64,000 bases of DNA from Somniosus microcephalus (taxonomy: Eukaryota): positions 16,740,001 to 16,804,000 of the forward strand of contig CM126230.1 in the NCBI GenBank assembly GCA_052327205.1. The letters run 5' to 3'. This document shows, piece by piece, positions 60,140-64,000 of this stretch. Position numbers and translations under genes: made by a program. The stretch's first letter is position 1; each line of letters begins with the position of its first letter. Under the pieces are notes generated by a model, which saw nothing but the letters and a program-made list of their open reading frames with translations, did no database searches and had not been told where the DNA came from.

Positions 60140-60525
60140 GTACCACGAATCCGTGGAAATTAATCCTATAAAAGGCCACATGTGCAGAGCATATATGGAT
60201 ATATACGGATAAACATGGATTTTTAAATGTATAGCAAGCCCTAGATGTAAATCTGTAAAGAATTCATTATGAATTGTATCTGTAATGAATATACATATAA
60301 TCAATATCAGTGTATGCTAACATATTAATTGATGTGTTGCAGATATATTGAAGTTTAGCAGGCAGAAACTGTCCACTGACTAAGTTTTCAACATCCTCCT
60401 TTGGAAAGTTGAGTAGGGTAGCTCCCCAATGTTTGTGTTCCTCTTCCTCCCCTGTATTAGACCTTGCTCCCTACATCAGGCACCATTCCCCATTGAAATG
60501 TCTTCTGCTGCCATCCCACAGTCAG

Positions 60526-60946
60526 TGCCAGCTGTGGCTCAGTGGGTAGCACACTCGCCTCCGAGTCAGAAGGCTGTGGGTTCAAGCCCCACTCCGGCGA
60601 CTTGAGCAGATAATTCAGGCCGTCACTCCGGTGCAGTGCTGAGGGAGTGCTGCACTGTCGGAGGTGCCATCTTCCAGATGCGACGTTAAACCCGAGGCCC
60701 CCTCAGGTGGACGTAAAAATCCCATGGCATTATTTCAAACAGGAGCAGCGGAGTTTTCCCTGGTGTCCTGGACAATGTGTATCCATCAACCAATACCTCA
60801 AAACCAGATTATCTGGTCATAATCCCATCGCTGTTTGTGGGACCTTGCTGTGTTTCCTCCATCACAACAGTGACTACACTTAGCTGTAAAGTGCTTGGGG
60901 ACGTCCTGAGGTTGTGAAAGGCACTATATAAACAGAAGTTCATTCT
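60526..60946 (+). mobile_element. DeuSINE (SacSINE1-like), full length
   Basis: tRNA head (A box tggctcagtgg, B box ggttcaagccc), Deu domain ggaggtgccatcttccagatgcgacgttaaacc, L2-like tail tgaaaggcactatataaa. Confidence 0.85.
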
Positions 60947-61255
60947 TTAGTGGTGTTGAGACGTAGAGTGCAGACTGAGATAACTTGTCCTCATATTTTT
61001 CCCCTTCCTGTGTGGAAGCTCCTGGCTTGGGCTCCTGCATGTCCAATTTAGGGAAATTGCTGTTTGGAGGGTAGCGGCGGTAAGGTAGGGAACAGTGGAT
61101 GCGAACCCACGTCCTGCTGCTACCAAGTATAGAACGTTGGCGCACAAAATGGTGCGGCCACCGATTTGTACTTTTTACTGCTGACTGGCGTGTAGAGGAT
61201 TAATGTGTCTGGAAATGAAACATCGAGGACAAAATTGGAGCTAAAAGACACACTG

Positions 61256-61617
61256 GTTGGGAATTTCCTCTAAGCTGCTCCCGCTCTGCCACCGTAAAGT
61301 CGCCAGAAATGCGGCGGAAACCCCATTCATGCCCGTGATCACGGGAGCCCATCAGAAATGCCATTACAGAGACAGCTCAAAGGTCTGATTGGTTCGGTGG
61401 ACAGGTTGAAGGAACATTGGTTCTGGGATCTGATCTGGTTGATGCTCTGGGGTTCGGCACCATATGATTGGTTGAAGGGACTCTGCATCACTACAGCGCA
61501 CAAATGTGCAGTCCCAAGCGGCTGTGGGAGTTCTCCCGATCTCCCACTGTAACCTCCCACCGTTTACACCAAGGTTATGGCAGGAGACCGGGAGAATGCC
61601 ACGGAAATTTTACCCCA
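61256..61617. mobile_element. Non-autonomous DNA transposon-like element
   Basis: Imperfect inverted ends (ggttgggaatttcc / ggaaattttacccc). Similar GC-rich elements at about 1-430, 4680-5490, 18530-18712, 28455-28820, 31705-31876 and 37500-37672. Confidence 0.45.
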
Positions 61618-62483
61618 AGATTTTACTCAAAGATTTTCAATATACACTGCTGGTTCCCCTGAGGCATGGGTTGTCTATGCTTTGGAGCCCGGTTGTAATG
61701 CTTAGTGCTAACCTGTCCTGTCCGTTTGAGGCCACAGCCCTTAATAGGCAAATCTGAGTAATCGTAGCTGAGGTAGATCAGAAGGCAGTTGTAACTGTTT
61801 GCAAATTGTAGGTTTCCTTGCTACCAAAAAAAGTTCTGTGGTGTACAGCCGCCATGTATATACTCCTAAAATATCTCTGTAATCCCATATAATTAATACA
61901 TTGAAAATGGACTAATTCACAACAAAATCACAAACATACCCATAAACTTCCCTATCCACCTTCCAATATCTTCCCATCCCCTTGCAAAATTAATGCCTCA
62001 TCCCTGGGTACACCCTCTCTCGCTAGTTGATAGTACCAGACTTGCCTAGACCCCTGTTCTCCACGGTCTGGCCCAATGCAGACCTGCCATGTGAAGAATG
62101 CAGAGGCATGTGCCACTGAGCATCCATCCCCACCCTGTGGTTGCAGCCGTGGCCATTCCACAATTAGAGTGAGGTTGTTAAAGAAATAAGGAGAAGGGCA
62201 GGCGGAACCGAAACATATAAGGGAGTATTAGAGAGATGGTGGCTGATTAGAGGGAGAGTAACAAAGATACAGGAAGAGAATAATATAGTAGAGTTCAAAC
62301 ACTGGGACAGATTAAGAAAGAAATAGAGAAAGAAGGGTTGCACGTGGGCATTCAAGACCAAGTATCGTCTTCAGGTGAAGCAAGGTTAGAGAGCACGGGA
62401 TAATTGGACCAGGGTATGCAGATGTAACTTGGTCCCCATTTTAAACTCCTGTACATCTTTTTTTTTTAAATTTCTTTTATTAT

Positions 62484-62666
62484 AAGTTCCTATGTCCATA
62501 TTTATAATGGAAACTGGCTATGTAAACTTGTCACTGTAATTACACCCTCATGTCAGTGGTGGCACTGTAGTGCCTCACTGTAGCACCTCCACTGGTGGGA
62601 AGGTATAGTTACAGCATGACAAGTTTACATAAGGCCATTTCCATTGCAAATTTGGCATAGGAACTT
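62484..62666. repeat. Long imperfect palindrome (MITE-like)
   Basis: Arms aagttcctatg...aatggaaa...tatgtaaacttgtca...tgtaa match their reverse complement across about 85 bp with a loop of a few nt. Confidence 0.85.
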
Positions 62667-64000
62667 CTAATGCCGAAAGCTTACAGAAAGTGCACATAGA
62701 TGTCACTTTTCAATATATTATGGATATGTATATCTGCAACACCATTCACCTGTAAATAACAATACTTTAAATATATTTAGGAATTTCTTATTTCAAGTAA
62801 TGATTACTTTACTATATTTCAGAGTGTATTTTTCTTCAGTGTTTGGAGAATTATTTAGCGGTGCTATATTTTCCATATATAACCTCCCCATGTGGACAGC
62901 ATGACTGCAACAATTCCATAATTCCCCCTCCTCACATATTTTGCCTAACTTGAACCATTAACACCCTAAGTCAAGAACTGTCTAACTTTTCCCACTCTGT
63001 GGGGTATTTCTGTGGTTTTTATATTCGCAGTAACTGAGTTTTTATAAAAAATATATATTTTTCATAATCACACATTTCTTAAGCCTTGGTTGCACTGATT
63101 ATTTTGGAATCTGCTTTTTTCGCCTGTGTTTAATACTGAGGGGTGTAAGAAACAGTCCTCTTGTATCCTACTTTATAAAAAAAAACTCTGTTGTCAAAGT
63201 TTTATCTGTTCCTTTTTCCAATAACATTTTGGTATTCTTTAAAATCTTAATTTAAGATTGGGGTTTGAATCTAAATAAACACAATGTCTCATCACTCTTC
63301 TGGGAGTTGGGTGGTGGAGTATGTTGGGACATAGTTCTTTCACCTCTGGGACGTAGGTTGAAATTCAGCCCACACAGACACGTTGAGGGTACCTTTCTCT
63401 GACTGGGGGAATTGGCAGTGCGCTGTGCACTTCCAGTAGGGGTCATTGGATCGTGATTAGGACCAAACACCCTAAGCAAGCCTGAGGACACTGAAGCTGA
63501 CTGTAATAGCGGACAACTCATTGAAAATGACTCAACAGTACGTGGGTCGTTCACAAGACAATTGTAGATGTACACCTCGTATCAAACTGTACCAGGTGTA
63601 AATACATTATCAGCAACATTCTGAAATGTGTGTGCAAGGTACAGCATATCAGGACAAAAAAGAAAATGACTCCACCACACAACACTTGACTTTCAAGAAC
63701 TGTAGTGGTTCTACACTAAGCAAAGAGTTAAGTATTGTCTGAGAGCTAGGACATCAGGGTAAATTTGGTACAGCTCCACTCCCAGCACAGAATTTTGTTA
63801 GATAGGAGTGCGGGTCAGAGATGGAGCTTATTGGGCCAATTCTGTGAAGTGCATTCCCATCTTCTGTGCTGGGAGCTTCAAACTGCAGTTACAAGGACCA
63901 GCTCCAACACGCATTATGTCTATCTGTTCTGAAGCTGCTTTTACAGTTACTAAATTATAGGTAACAGAAACCGCACACTGCTCTGGCCACATAAAAATAA

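Noticed and set aside
60531-60600. tRNA gene
   Set aside because: The A/B boxes continue into a Deu domain and LINE-like tail, so it is a SINE head.

Overview
Vertebrate genomic DNA, almost certainly from a cartilaginous fish (inferred from HE1-type V-SINE, SacSINE1-type DeuSINE and abundant HER1/CR1-type LINEs). The whole window lies inside one + strand gene, LDB3 (ZASP/Cypher, PDZ-LIM Z-disc protein). The PDZ exons and cardiac ZM exon lie upstream of the window and the LIM exons downstream. Supported exons: 20-nt microexon (3167-3186), ZM-motif exon (9024-9227), 21-nt microexon (11208-11228), exons at 17393-17574 and 20398-20434, and the short-isoform terminal exon (21132-21228). After these come symmetric phase-2 Ala/Pro/Ser-rich cassette exons (38586-38762, 55447-55557, 60011-60139), a probable exon running into the assembly gap (33953-33988), and several candidate extra terminal exons near 27.4-28.9 kb. 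Introns are TE-rich and include a four-layer nest: an old CR1, a near full-length CR1, a complete decayed Gypsy LTR element (5-bp TSD), and a CR1 tail. The most unusual observation is that this Gypsy element has no tRNA primer-binding site. Its PBS position is instead complementary (14/15 nt) to the poly(A)-signal segment of its own LTR, suggesting self-priming, and its RT motif reads YxDN. Most short ORFs in the track are spurious. All calls were made by eye without database searches.
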